A stretch of 64,000 nucleotides of DNA, from positions 416,001-480,000 of the forward strand of contig CAWDDT010000006.1 of NCBI GenBank assembly GCA_963801165.1, written 5' to 3'. The DNA is from an uncultured bacterium (GTDB lineage: Bacteria > Actinomycetota > Acidimicrobiia > Spongiisociales > UBA5794). The notes beneath the pieces were generated by a model. The model did no database searches. It saw nothing but the letters and a program-made list of their open reading frames with translations, and was not told the origin of the DNA. Shown here in pieces: positions 29,968 through 39,120 of this stretch (positions are counted from its first letter, which is position 1; every line of letters begins with the position of its first letter). Position numbers and translations under genes: made by a program.

Positions 29968-31152
29968 TCACCTGAACCATCGGCGTTTCCCGCCTTCGCC
30001 TTCACCGTCTTCTAGCTCTCCCTCGTCGAGGACGAGCTGAGCGACCCCGCGCAGGTCCCTAGCCACACGGCTGCGGGGGTACAGGGAGACGACCGGTTCT
30101 CCTTCGTTGACCGCACGGGGGACGAGTTTGTCCGACGAAACGGCCGCCTGGACCTCGAGACCCAGCGAGCGTTCCAGCTCACCGATATCGAGACGGGCCT
30201 TGGAATTGACCCGGTTCAGCACCAGCTTCATCTTCTCGAACGGGAACTTGATGAGACGCAGTGTGTCGAGCGCCAGCTTGGCATTCTTGACTGCGGGCAG
30301 ATCCATGTCCACAACGAGGAGCACAACGTCCGAGCGCTCGAGAATCGACAGTACCGGTTCATCGAGGAAGGGAGCGGTGTCGATCACGATGTAGTCGAAC
30401 ATCCTCTTGAGCATGCCAATCGACTTGACCACGACCTGGGTGGATACCTCGTCTGCAAGGGAGGGTTCCAACGGTGCGGACAACACCCGCATACCGGAGG
30501 AGTGTCTCGCCAGGAGGCTGTCGAGCAGGTCCTCATCCAGCTTGTCGATGTCGCGTGCCACGTCAACGATGGTGTGCCGCGGGTCGATCTGCAACGAGAT
30601 GCATACATCACCAAACTGGAGATCGGCATCGAGAACGACGACCCGGGACGGATCGCCCCAGCCTGCCAGCGTGAGCGCAACGTTGACGGTAGTCATCGTC
30701 TTTCCTGCGCCACCCTTCGGTGACATGATCGTCACGACCTTGCCGATCTTGCGCTTGGCGGGGCCTTCTTCTTCCCGCCGGTGAATCTGCTCGATGAGAC
30801 CAAAGGCGTCCTCGACCTTGGAGTTGGTGAGCGGTACCTCGATTACATCCTTTATGCCCGCCCGCAGAGCCGCACGGAGAACATTGGTGTCAACCGATTC
30901 AGCGACCAGCACAACCGGCAGATCGGCACGCACGTCGAACAGGAGGGTCACCTCTACCACCCCGGCCTCGTGTGCGTAAGAGGGACCGGCGATGGTCAGG
31001 TCGATCGACTCCTCAACGAGGCGGCGCTGAGCATCGCTGATGTTGCGTGCCGTGTGGACCTTGTGGCCCTCCAGCAGCGAGCGCGTCGCTTCGACGAACT
31101 GGTCGTCGTTGTCGACAACTAGAACCGAATACGTCGCGTTATCCGTTGCCAA
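29968..31152 (-). CDS. cpaE: CpaE/TadZ (atypical receiver plus MinD-like ATPase)
   Basis: Receiver-like N-terminus without the phospho-Asp; SPKGGAGKT, DADLQFGD; located between cpaB and cpaF. Confidence 0.9.
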   Translation of the reverse strand: MATDNATYSVLVVDNDDQFVEATRSLLEGHKVHTARNISDAQRRLVEESIDLTIAGPSYAHEAGVVEVTLLFDVRADLPVVLVAESVDTNVLRAALRAGIKDVIEVPLTNSKVEDAFGLIEQIHRREEEGPAKRKIGKVVTIMSPKGGAGKTMTTVNVALTLAGWGDPSRVVVLDADLQFGDVCISLQIDPRHTIVDVARDIDKLDEDLLDSLLARHSSGMRVLSAPLEPSLADEVSTQVVVKSIGMLKRMFDYIVIDTAPFLDEPVLSILERSDVVLLVVDMDLPAVKNAKLALDTLRLIKFPFEKMKLVLNRVNSKARLDIGELERSLGLEVQAAVSSDKLVPRAVNEGEPVVSLYPRSRVARDLRGVAQLVLDEGELEDGEGEGGKRRWFR

Positions 31153-32167
31153 GGAGGACTCCTGCCTCTTCGAACTGTAGGCGAATCCGCTCGATGAGCG
31201 AGAACAGGTCGTCGATAACCACACCATCGGAGGTGAACGGGTCGTAGACCTTTTCCTGACCGTTCTCATTCTCGCCGCTCGGTATCAGCGACAGCGCCAC
31301 ATCCGTGTACTGGGAGGCGAACTGGATCTCTTCAGCCTGCTCGGGAGTCACCTCGAGCACGACGATCTGAGCGCCCGCCGGCGTCAAGCCGGTGCCCAAT
31401 GGGCTGGGGCGCGTATCGGGACCGACCGCCAGTACCTCGATGTCCTGGAGGACCGTCTGGGTGAAGTCGATCGAACCGGGGAATGTCTGCGCATAGCGGG
31501 CGATGATGTCCTGTTGGGTCGTCGTACCCTGGTCACCCGACGGAGGAGTCGTGGTCGTCGTCTGGGTCGCCGTCCCATCGCCGAGCAGCAGCGAGCGCAG
31601 CTCCGGATCTTCAAACAGTGAGGTCGACTGGGTGAGGTCGATAGACGCCGACGCAATCAGGTTGACCCGGTCCCCCGGACGCACGAACCCACCCACCGTG
31701 TTCTCCTCATTGGGTCGGAACGAGATCGCGACCTTGCCCTCGGGTACAGATTCCGAGAGTTTGATATTGGAGAGGAGGTTGGGAGCGATGAACATGTCCG
31801 CGGTGATCAACTGGCCGGCGCTAATCGGTCCGGCGGCAACGTTGATGGGGTCGATGATCGACTCGAGGCGCGGGTTATTGGCACAGACGTTGAGCGGAGC
31901 CGAACTGGTATCGGTGGGGCCGGCGCATGCAATCTGCGATCCCTCGAAAACCACCGACTCGACGAGGCCTGAGGATTCCTTGATGAAATCCTTCGCCTCG
32001 GCAGCCGTGGTCCCGGTATCGATGAACTCCGTGGCTCGATACACAATGACCTCTTGCACGTTGGCCCGTGCGTCTGATTCTACCGTCGACAAGTACTGCC
32101 ACACGGAGAACGCCGACACCGCAGCCAATGCCAGCGCGATGATCAATACCAGGGATCGTCTACCCAT
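31139..32167 (-). CDS. cpaB: Flp pilus assembly protein CpaB/RcpC
   Basis: N-terminal TM; VPEGKVAIS, VGGFVRPGDRV, VLQDIEVLAV, LEVTPEQA. Confidence 0.92.
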   Translation of the reverse strand: MGRRSLVLIIALALAAVSAFSVWQYLSTVESDARANVQEVIVYRATEFIDTGTTAAEAKDFIKESSGLVESVVFEGSQIACAGPTDTSSAPLNVCANNPRLESIIDPINVAAGPISAGQLITADMFIAPNLLSNIKLSESVPEGKVAISFRPNEENTVGGFVRPGDRVNLIASASIDLTQSTSLFEDPELRSLLLGDGTATQTTTTTPPSGDQGTTTQQDIIARYAQTFPGSIDFTQTVLQDIEVLAVGPDTRPSPLGTGLTPAGAQIVVLEVTPEQAEEIQFASQYTDVALSLIPSGENENGQEKVYDPFTSDGVVIDDLFSLIERIRLQFEEAGVLLGNG

Positions 32168-32283
32168 TTCAGTTGGCCCTTCCGGTCTGTTCTGAAAGCA
32201 CTACACGACCGAGATCAAACAGAGACCCCACACGCCGCGCTAATAGCCAAGCACCACAGTGCCCGGTGTCAAGTACCTTTGAG

Positions 32284-33957
32284 CTACTTGCGACCGATGC
32301 CTCGCTCTTTGAGTTCCTCGAGGATGGCTTCAAGAGACGCGTCGGCAGCGAAGGTCGGAACCTCTGTGGCTTCGTCTTCACGCTGGAACTCCCTGCGTCT
32401 CGGTCGGCTCGGCGTACGCCGCTGACTGAATGTCGTGCGTTCCTCCCACTCGGGGAGGGCCTGCTTGATTGACAGGCTCACCCGACGTCTGTCGGCATCG
32501 ATCTCCGTGACCTTTACCCGTACTTGTTGACCGATCGAAAGTTCTAGCTCGGGACTCTCGACATGGTGGAGTGCAATCTCCGACACATGGACTAGTCCCT
32601 CGACACCTTCACCAACTGCGATGAACGCGCCGAATGGCACGGACTTGGTGACCTCGCCGTCGAGGATCGCACCGAGCTCTGTGTCTCGAATGAACTCTTC
32701 CCACGGATCCTCGCGAGTCTGGCGAATGGACAGAGAAATTCGCTCCCGGTCGCGTTCTACCGTCAGCACGCGCACCTTGACCTTGTCGCCCACACTGACG
32801 ACCTCGCTCGGGTGGCTGACGTGCTGCCACGACAGCTCGGAGACGTGAACGAGGCCGTCCATGCCCCCCAGGTCGACAAATGCCCCGAAGTTGACGACGG
32901 ACGAGACGACGCCGTCGCGGATATCGCCTTCCTGGAGCCCGGAGAGAAAGGCCTGCCGCTGCTCTGCCTGCGCCTCTTCCAGATGGGCGCGACGAGACAG
33001 CACGACATTGTTGCGGTTCTTGTCGAGCTCGATCACCTTGGCTTCGATCGTCTCACCGATGAAGGGGGCGAGGTCACGGACCCTGCGGAGGTCCACCAGG
33101 GACGCCGGTAGGAACCCACGCAGACCGATGTCGACTATCAAACCACCTTTGACGACCTCGATGACCGGACCGGTCACGGTGCCGCCCTCGTTCATGATCT
33201 TCTCGATGCGGCCCCAGGCGCGCTCGTACTGGGCCCGCTTCTTGGAGAGAACCAGACGACCCTGATCGTCTTCCATCTGGAGGACCAGTGCCTCGATCGG
33301 TTCGCCCTCCTTGACTACCTCACCGGGATTGACCTGGTTGCGGATCGAGAGCTCGTGGAGCGGGATCACGCCCTCAGCCTTGAAGCCGATATCGACGAGT
33401 ACCTCATCGGGATCGACGCGCACGACAATGCCGGCGACGATGTCACCCTCCTTGAATTCGAACACGGTTCGTTCGATGACCGCGGCGAAATCCTCCACGC
33501 TGAGGTTGTCGGCCACATCGCCGATATCCCGGGGTGCGGTGATCGCAGGGCGCTCACCGACACCGTAACGATATTGGGGCGGCTCGATGGCAGGTTCGGG
33601 CTCGGTCGGCTCGACCGCCGCTGGAACGGCAGACTCGGATGATGAGACTTCTGGCGTTTCCTCGGGAGTTGCCGCAGGATCGACAGGGCCCGTCGTCTCC
33701 GCTGTTGTCGTCTCCGCTGTTGTCGTCTCCGCTTCCATGGTGTCGGCGGGAACAGTCGGGGAAGTCACGTCGGCGGCTTCCCCGGTTGCGGTGTCGGCGG
33801 GAACAGTCGTGGAAGTCACGTCGGCGGCTTCCTCGGTTGCGGTGTCGGCGGGGACAGTCGGGGAGGTCACCTCGGCGACTTCCTCGGTTGCGATGGTAGG
33901 GGCTTCCGCACCCTCAGCCGTTGGCTGAGTGGGCTCGGTCACCGGTTCGTCGGACAT
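32284..33957 (-). CDS. rpsA: 30S ribosomal protein S1 (four S1 domains) with long acidic N-terminal extension
   Basis: VLSKKRAQYERAW, VVKGGLIVDIGLRGFLPASLV, DGLVHVSELSW; AAGGAG RBS before MSDEP; follows polA. Confidence 0.95.
   Translation of the reverse strand: MSDEPVTEPTQPTAEGAEAPTIATEEVAEVTSPTVPADTATEEAADVTSTTVPADTATGEAADVTSPTVPADTMEAETTTAETTTAETTGPVDPAATPEETPEVSSSESAVPAAVEPTEPEPAIEPPQYRYGVGERPAITAPRDIGDVADNLSVEDFAAVIERTVFEFKEGDIVAGIVVRVDPDEVLVDIGFKAEGVIPLHELSIRNQVNPGEVVKEGEPIEALVLQMEDDQGRLVLSKKRAQYERAWGRIEKIMNEGGTVTGPVIEVVKGGLIVDIGLRGFLPASLVDLRRVRDLAPFIGETIEAKVIELDKNRNNVVLSRRAHLEEAQAEQRQAFLSGLQEGDIRDGVVSSVVNFGAFVDLGGMDGLVHVSELSWQHVSHPSEVVSVGDKVKVRVLTVERDRERISLSIRQTREDPWEEFIRDTELGAILDGEVTKSVPFGAFIAVGEGVEGLVHVSEIALHHVESPELELSIGQQVRVKVTEIDADRRRVSLSIKQALPEWEERTTFSQRRTPSRPRRREFQREDEATEVPTFAADASLEAILEELKERGIGRK
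33692..33892. repeat. In-frame repeats in the rpsA 5' extension: 15 bp x3 (AETTT) and 51 bp x3 (ATEEAADVTSxTVPADT)
   Basis: 51-bp units start at 33739, 33790 and 33841; 15-bp units at 33692, 33707 and 33722. Confidence 0.93.
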
Positions 33958-34103
33958 GTGTGTACGTCAACTCCTTGAGAAACATGGATTTGTCCCCCGC
34001 GCGCGAAGGCCAGAGGAGACGGGCGAGATGGTAGCACGCTGCCAGCCCCTTCGGTCAAGGTTGTTTCGCTATCTGCCAGCAATCGCCACACCGGGTTGGC
34101 TGA

Positions 34104-36740
34104 TCAGTGCTCAACGTCGGCAAGGGTCTTCCCGGCGGCCGTCTCCACACGGAGAGGCACCCGGAGCTCGACGATTCCCTCCATGACGGATCTGATGAGA
34201 TCCGTAACAGCGTCGACCTCGTCCTCCGGCACCTCCAGCACGAGCTCGTCGTGGATCTGAAGCAACATCTCGGCGCCGAGCCGCCTATTACGCAGCTCCT
34301 CCTCAAGTACGACCATGGCCTTCTTGATGATGTCGGCCGCCGAGCCCTGGATGGGTGCGTTGAGCGCCATTCTCTCGCCTGCCTGTCTCGTCCTGAAGTT
34401 GCCGCTCGACAGCTCGGGGAGATAGCGTCGGCGGCCCAGGATGGTCGTGGTGTAGCCGGAATCACGAGCGGCAGCCACGATGCCCTGCATAAAGTCCCTG
34501 ACTTCCGGGAACCGATCGAAGTACACGTCGATATGCGCCTGAGCTTCGGCCCGATCGATCTCGAGACGCTGCGCCAGCCCGTACGCCTCCATTCCGTACA
34601 AGAGACCGAAGTTGATCATCTTGGCGCGACGCCGTTGCTCGGTGGTCACATCTTCGATGGCAACGCCGCTGACGTTGGCAGCCGTGGCCGCGTGGATGTC
34701 GAAGTTGTTGCGGAACGCATCGACCAGACCAGGGTCGCCCGAGAGATGAGCCAGAATCCGCAGTTCGATCTGGCTGTAGTCGGCGACCAGGAACTGCCAC
34801 CCGTCGGCCGCCGTAAATGCCCGGCGGATCGCCCGCCCTTCGGCGGTACGCACCGGTATGTTCTGCAGGTTCGGCTGTTCCTGCGAGAGGCGCCCGGTGG
34901 CGGCTGCCATCTGGTTGAACCGGCCCCTGACCCTCCCATCGGGCTCGATCAGCGGCAGCAGGGCGTCGACGTAGGTCGAGCGAAGCTTCTCCAACTCCCG
35001 GTATGTCAACAGATCGTCGACGATCGGATGCCCTTCCCGGAGCTTGCCCAAAACCGAAGCGTCGGTGGACGGCACGCCCTTGGGGGTCTTCTTCAGCACG
35101 GGCAGCCCGAGCTGATCGAAAAGGATCTCCCGCAACTGGAGGGTGGAGTTGATGTTGAAGGGACCACCTGCCGCGGCATGGATTGCCGTCTCGAGCTCGC
35201 CCAGTCTCTTGCGAAGATCCGCACCAAAACCCTCGAGGAACTCCCGATCGATCAGTACCCCGGTCGATTCCATCCGCGCCAGGATCCCGACCAACGGCAA
35301 CTCGATGGCTACGAACAGATCGGCTTCTCCGCGGGCTTCCAGTTGTGCCCGCAACGGCTCGACGAGATCACGGATTGCGACGGCCCGCCGGCCCAGCGCT
35401 TCGAGGTCAGGCCCCCGTGACCCTTCGAAATCGAACGACCCTTGCGCGGCCGCCGACTCCTCATTGGCCGCAACCGCCATCCCCAGCTCGCGGTAGGCGA
35501 GATCTTCGAGATCCGGGACCCGCTGGCCGGGGTTGATGATGTAGCCGGCGAGCGCGGTGTCGAAGCCGACCACCGGCGGCTCGATGCCGACGTCGATGAG
35601 CGCTCTGATGAATGGCTTGGCGTCATGGGCTACCAACCCGCGGCCGGCTCGTATCGCCGCAACCAGGTCGCCGAGATGCGGTTCGGGAACGAAAACTGCC
35701 TGATTGTCGTCGGCCGCCACCATGACACCCCCGACCCCGTCCGCTTCCCACAACGGCTCGACGGAAACCACACCGACCCCGATAGCCTCTTTGATCTGCC
35801 CGGCTGAATTGGCCGTTGTGACCGATATCTCGCGCTCCTGGGCCTCTGCGGCGTGGAACCCTCCGAGCTCGGTGAGACGCTCCCAGACATCACGGAAAGC
35901 CAAACCGGCGAACACGGTCTGCACCTCGTCACGGTCCCACTCCTGGAGTCGCAGCATCTCCGGTGTCACCCCGGCCGGCTCTTCCTCGATGCGCACGTCC
36001 GGAAGCATCAGCATGAGGTCTCGATTGAGATACACCTGCTCACGGTGCGTCCCCAGATTTTCCCGTAATCTGGGGGTCTGCTCGTCGAGATGCTCATAGA
36101 TGCCATCGAGGCTCCCATACTCGGAGATGAGACGAGCCGCCGTCTTCTCGCCCACCCCGGGCACACCCGGCAGATTGTCCGATGAGTCACCGCGCAGCGC
36201 GGCATATTCCCGGTACTGGGTCGGGGCAACGCCGTATTTCTCCGCGATCCATTGCGGTGAGGCCGTGACGACATCGGAGATCCCCCGACGGGTGTACAGG
36301 ACCGTCACATCGTCACTGACGATTTGGAAACTGTCCCGGTCGCCGGTCACTACGAGCACCCGCCAATCGTCGGCGACGGCCGCCGCGGCGACCGTTGCGA
36401 TGACGTCGTCGGCCTCGTACCCGGGCGAGGTCAGCTGCCGGATCCGCAGCACGTCGAGCACCTCCCGGATGAGTGGAAGCTGGCTCGCGAACAGGTCGGG
36501 GGGCGATTCTCGCTGTGCCTTGTACTCGGGGAACTTCTCCTTGCGCAGGTTCGGTCCGCGCACGTCCCAGGCCACGGCAACCGCGTCTGGCTTCTCCTCA
36601 CGGAGAAGACGTACCAGCATGTTGGTGAACCCGAGGACCGCATTCGTCACCTGACCGGCGGGTGTTGCCAGATCGGTGGGCAGCGCGTAGAAAGCGCGGT
36701 AGGCGAGACTGTGTCCGTCGAGAAGAGCGAGCGTCGGCAT
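34104..36740 (-). CDS. polA: DNA polymerase I
   Basis: LDGHSLAYRAFYA 5'-3' exonuclease; TGRLS..PNLQNIP, ADYSQIELR, AKMINFG, LLQIHDEL. Confidence 0.98.
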   Translation of the reverse strand: MPTLALLDGHSLAYRAFYALPTDLATPAGQVTNAVLGFTNMLVRLLREEKPDAVAVAWDVRGPNLRKEKFPEYKAQRESPPDLFASQLPLIREVLDVLRIRQLTSPGYEADDVIATVAAAAVADDWRVLVVTGDRDSFQIVSDDVTVLYTRRGISDVVTASPQWIAEKYGVAPTQYREYAALRGDSSDNLPGVPGVGEKTAARLISEYGSLDGIYEHLDEQTPRLRENLGTHREQVYLNRDLMLMLPDVRIEEEPAGVTPEMLRLQEWDRDEVQTVFAGLAFRDVWERLTELGGFHAAEAQEREISVTTANSAGQIKEAIGVGVVSVEPLWEADGVGGVMVAADDNQAVFVPEPHLGDLVAAIRAGRGLVAHDAKPFIRALIDVGIEPPVVGFDTALAGYIINPGQRVPDLEDLAYRELGMAVAANEESAAAQGSFDFEGSRGPDLEALGRRAVAIRDLVEPLRAQLEARGEADLFVAIELPLVGILARMESTGVLIDREFLEGFGADLRKRLGELETAIHAAAGGPFNINSTLQLREILFDQLGLPVLKKTPKGVPSTDASVLGKLREGHPIVDDLLTYRELEKLRSTYVDALLPLIEPDGRVRGRFNQMAAATGRLSQEQPNLQNIPVRTAEGRAIRRAFTAADGWQFLVADYSQIELRILAHLSGDPGLVDAFRNNFDIHAATAANVSGVAIEDVTTEQRRRAKMINFGLLYGMEAYGLAQRLEIDRAEAQAHIDVYFDRFPEVRDFMQGIVAAARDSGYTTTILGRRRYLPELSSGNFRTRQAGERMALNAPIQGSAADIIKKAMVVLEEELRNRRLGAEMLLQIHDELVLEVPEDEVDAVTDLIRSVMEGIVELRVPLRVETAAGKTLADVEH

Positions 36741-36799
36741 CCCGTGATCGTACCGGACCTGGCGATGCCGATGACGGCTACGCCGACGAGGCCCCGTTG

Positions 36800-38356
36800 C
36801 TACTCAACGAGCGAGACGGGATTGCCCTCTATGTGCGCCGACCAGGTGGTGGTGTCGCGGGCGCCACCGGCCGCGCTCACCTGATACGTGACCTTGATGG
36901 TCCACCAGCAGTCGCCCGAGCAGGTGTAATCGTCGGGGATGTCAACGCGGATCTGCACCTGACCGTCGTCGTAATCGTTGGGGCCGTACGAGACGCTGCA
37001 CGGATCGTATGTGGCCCCAGTGGCACTCCAGGTACACGACGGCGAGGTGCCGTCCGGCTTGAAGATCTCGGTCTTGATGTTGCCGGAGTCTGGATCCCAC
37101 AACTCGACCACCATCTCCTTGCCGGCGTGAACCGGCTGCACCTCGGCCAGGTCGAACGTAGCCGTTTGTCCAGAGAAGTTCACGTATATCGACATGTCAC
37201 CCAGACCGTAGAGGCGCGGGCTGCCATTGTTGGCCGATGCCCGCAGCGAGTAGCGATTGAGGCCCCTGCCGCCGTCGTTGGCGACCACAACCCTCAGCGG
37301 ATAGACACCGGCGCCGGCATTGAAGGTCGTGCCACACATGCGGTCCCACAGCGACGCGACCCCACCGGGGACACCGATCTCGACGTCGTCCCAATTCAGC
37401 TCGCCGTCGCCGTTCTGGTCATCGCCCGCGTTCACAAATCCGTCGCCGTTGAAGTCGGCGAAACTGTCCTGGGGGTCGTACTTGACCGAGCAGAGCACGG
37501 TGTTGTCGGTCGTGTTGAGCGGCGTTGGGTCGGGGGCGTAGAGAATGAACCACGTCGTCGGCGGCGGGTCCCCCCAGTGTGTGTTGTCGCCGACCAGGAC
37601 GTTGTCTCCGCCCCCGCGGTAGAACGGACCGTCAAAAACCTCGACCGATAGATCCGTCGCACCATCGGGAACTTCGACCCCATAGAGGTACCCACCGCTC
37701 GTAGGAACGCCACCGCTCGTTGCCGTCGGCCGAGCGTCCGGGTTCTTCGCGCAACTGCTGCCGGTGTCGTCGTGGAGGCATTGTGATGCAAAACGGTCAC
37801 CCAACTGGCGTCCCGTGTAATAGCCGTGGATGTTGGCCCAGAAGTGCGGCTCACGGCCGGGAATGCTCGGGTCCTCACCGAAGTACGGCAGATTGCTGCC
37901 CATCGGGAGCGGCAACACGTACTCGGCAACCGCTGTGCGCGACATCGTGATCGAGTCGAAGCCGAAGACACGCATGAAGAAGGTGTCGACAGTATCGGTG
38001 ACCGTAACCCGGAGCTGGAACTGATTGTCAACCGCGGTCGCGTCGTCGGAATAGTCGACGGGAGTCACCGTCGTGCCACCCACGCCGTCGACATATCCGT
38101 TGTCGCCGGCGATGGCATCTGCCGTGTCGTACGCCTGGGTCTGGTCACCCGGTTCGTAGACGACGCCGGCGAGAGCCGCGGCGTCTGCGCCGTGCTGGAT
38201 CCTGATCCCGTTGAGGTACAGCCACCCGAAGTCGACAGAAAATGCGGCGAAGCCGAGCAGCACCGTCATACTTGCGGCGACGAGGACAACAGCGGCCCCC
38301 GCCTCGGCACGCTCGCTGAACCCGAGCTTGGCAACGATGCGTCGAGCCAGTTTCAC
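36800..38356 (-). CDS. TadG-like pilus tip/minor pilin with large Cys-containing extracellular domain (paralogue 2)
   Basis: G|AAVVLVA...SVDFGWLY...ADAAALAG Tad N-terminal motif. Confidence 0.85.
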   Translation of the reverse strand: MKLARRIVAKLGFSERAEAGAAVVLVAASMTVLLGFAAFSVDFGWLYLNGIRIQHGADAAALAGVVYEPGDQTQAYDTADAIAGDNGYVDGVGGTTVTPVDYSDDATAVDNQFQLRVTVTDTVDTFFMRVFGFDSITMSRTAVAEYVLPLPMGSNLPYFGEDPSIPGREPHFWANIHGYYTGRQLGDRFASQCLHDDTGSSCAKNPDARPTATSGGVPTSGGYLYGVEVPDGATDLSVEVFDGPFYRGGGDNVLVGDNTHWGDPPPTTWFILYAPDPTPLNTTDNTVLCSVKYDPQDSFADFNGDGFVNAGDDQNGDGELNWDDVEIGVPGGVASLWDRMCGTTFNAGAGVYPLRVVVANDGGRGLNRYSLRASANNGSPRLYGLGDMSIYVNFSGQTATFDLAEVQPVHAGKEMVVELWDPDSGNIKTEIFKPDGTSPSCTWSATGATYDPCSVSYGPNDYDDGQVQIRVDIPDDYTCSGDCWWTIKVTYQVSAAGGARDTTTWSAHIEGNPVSLVE

Positions 38357-38931
38357 GGGGAAGCTCCAAAGACGTCAGGCTCGAGACGGACCAGCGCCCG
38401 CTCTACGAAGTTGCGGTCGAGGTACGGGAGAATATTGGTCACCGGGGTGTGGTGGTAGGTGATCTCGACACCGAGGACATCCAGACCACCACCGGTCGGC
38501 TCGAGAGTGGTGTCCCGATCGTCCGGGGGCCAGCCGGCGCCACCGTAGGAAAAGCCGGGGATATTGGGATCCGGACACGGAGTCCACTTGCACAGCGGGT
38601 CGCTGCCATCGTACTGGTAGCGGTCGTACGCACCCGTCTTCGCCCCGGTGTCGGGATCCGCCTTGAAGATGTCGACCTGCACGATCACACCGGGGTCTAC
38701 CTGACCATACAGACCCACTTCGATCGCCTCGAGGATCCTGATGTCGGCCTCGGCCCGGTTGCCCATCGTCGCACCGGTGCGACCGGCGGAGTTGGCAGCT
38801 GATGCGACCGTGAGACGCTCTTTGAAGGCAAGACCAAACTCGAGCGAGCCGAGGATGAGCAGGATCAGCAGCGGCAGGACAAACGCCATCTCAACGAGTG
38901 TTGCCCCGTCCTCGCGTTTGATGTTTTTCAT
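38353..38931 (-). CDS. TadE/TadF-family minor pilin (paralogue 2)
   Basis: G|ATLVEMAFVLPLLILLILGSLEFG; start moved to MKNIKR. Confidence 0.9.
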   Translation of the reverse strand: MKNIKREDGATLVEMAFVLPLLILLILGSLEFGLAFKERLTVASAANSAGRTGATMGNRAEADIRILEAIEVGLYGQVDPGVIVQVDIFKADPDTGAKTGAYDRYQYDGSDPLCKWTPCPDPNIPGFSYGGAGWPPDDRDTTLEPTGGGLDVLGVEITYHHTPVTNILPYLDRNFVERALVRLEPDVFGASP

Positions 38932-39093
38932 ATCGTCCCCTGCCCGGTCAGTTTTCGTGGAGACTACCACACGCATTCGTGCGACCACTCTGCGTGAGTA
39001 TAGCTGTCCCGGCCACAATTATCTAGAGGGGCATCATATGCACGTCGGACGGCTACCGGAAGACACTCCGTGACATAGGCATGTACTGACTAG

Positions 39094-39120
39094 TTATCGG
39101 TCGGTCGCGCCGACGTTCAG
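39094..39120 (-). promoter_or_regulatory. Possible sigma28-type promoter for the second tadE-tadG pair
   Basis: Minus strand CTGA-N15-ACCGATAA; -10 near consensus, -35 weak. Confidence 0.45.

Noticed and set aside
32245-32273. Sigma70 promoter for cpaB with a perfect TTGACA (minus strand)
   Set aside because: No TAnnnT hexamer at a 16-19 bp spacing, so it is not supportable as a feature
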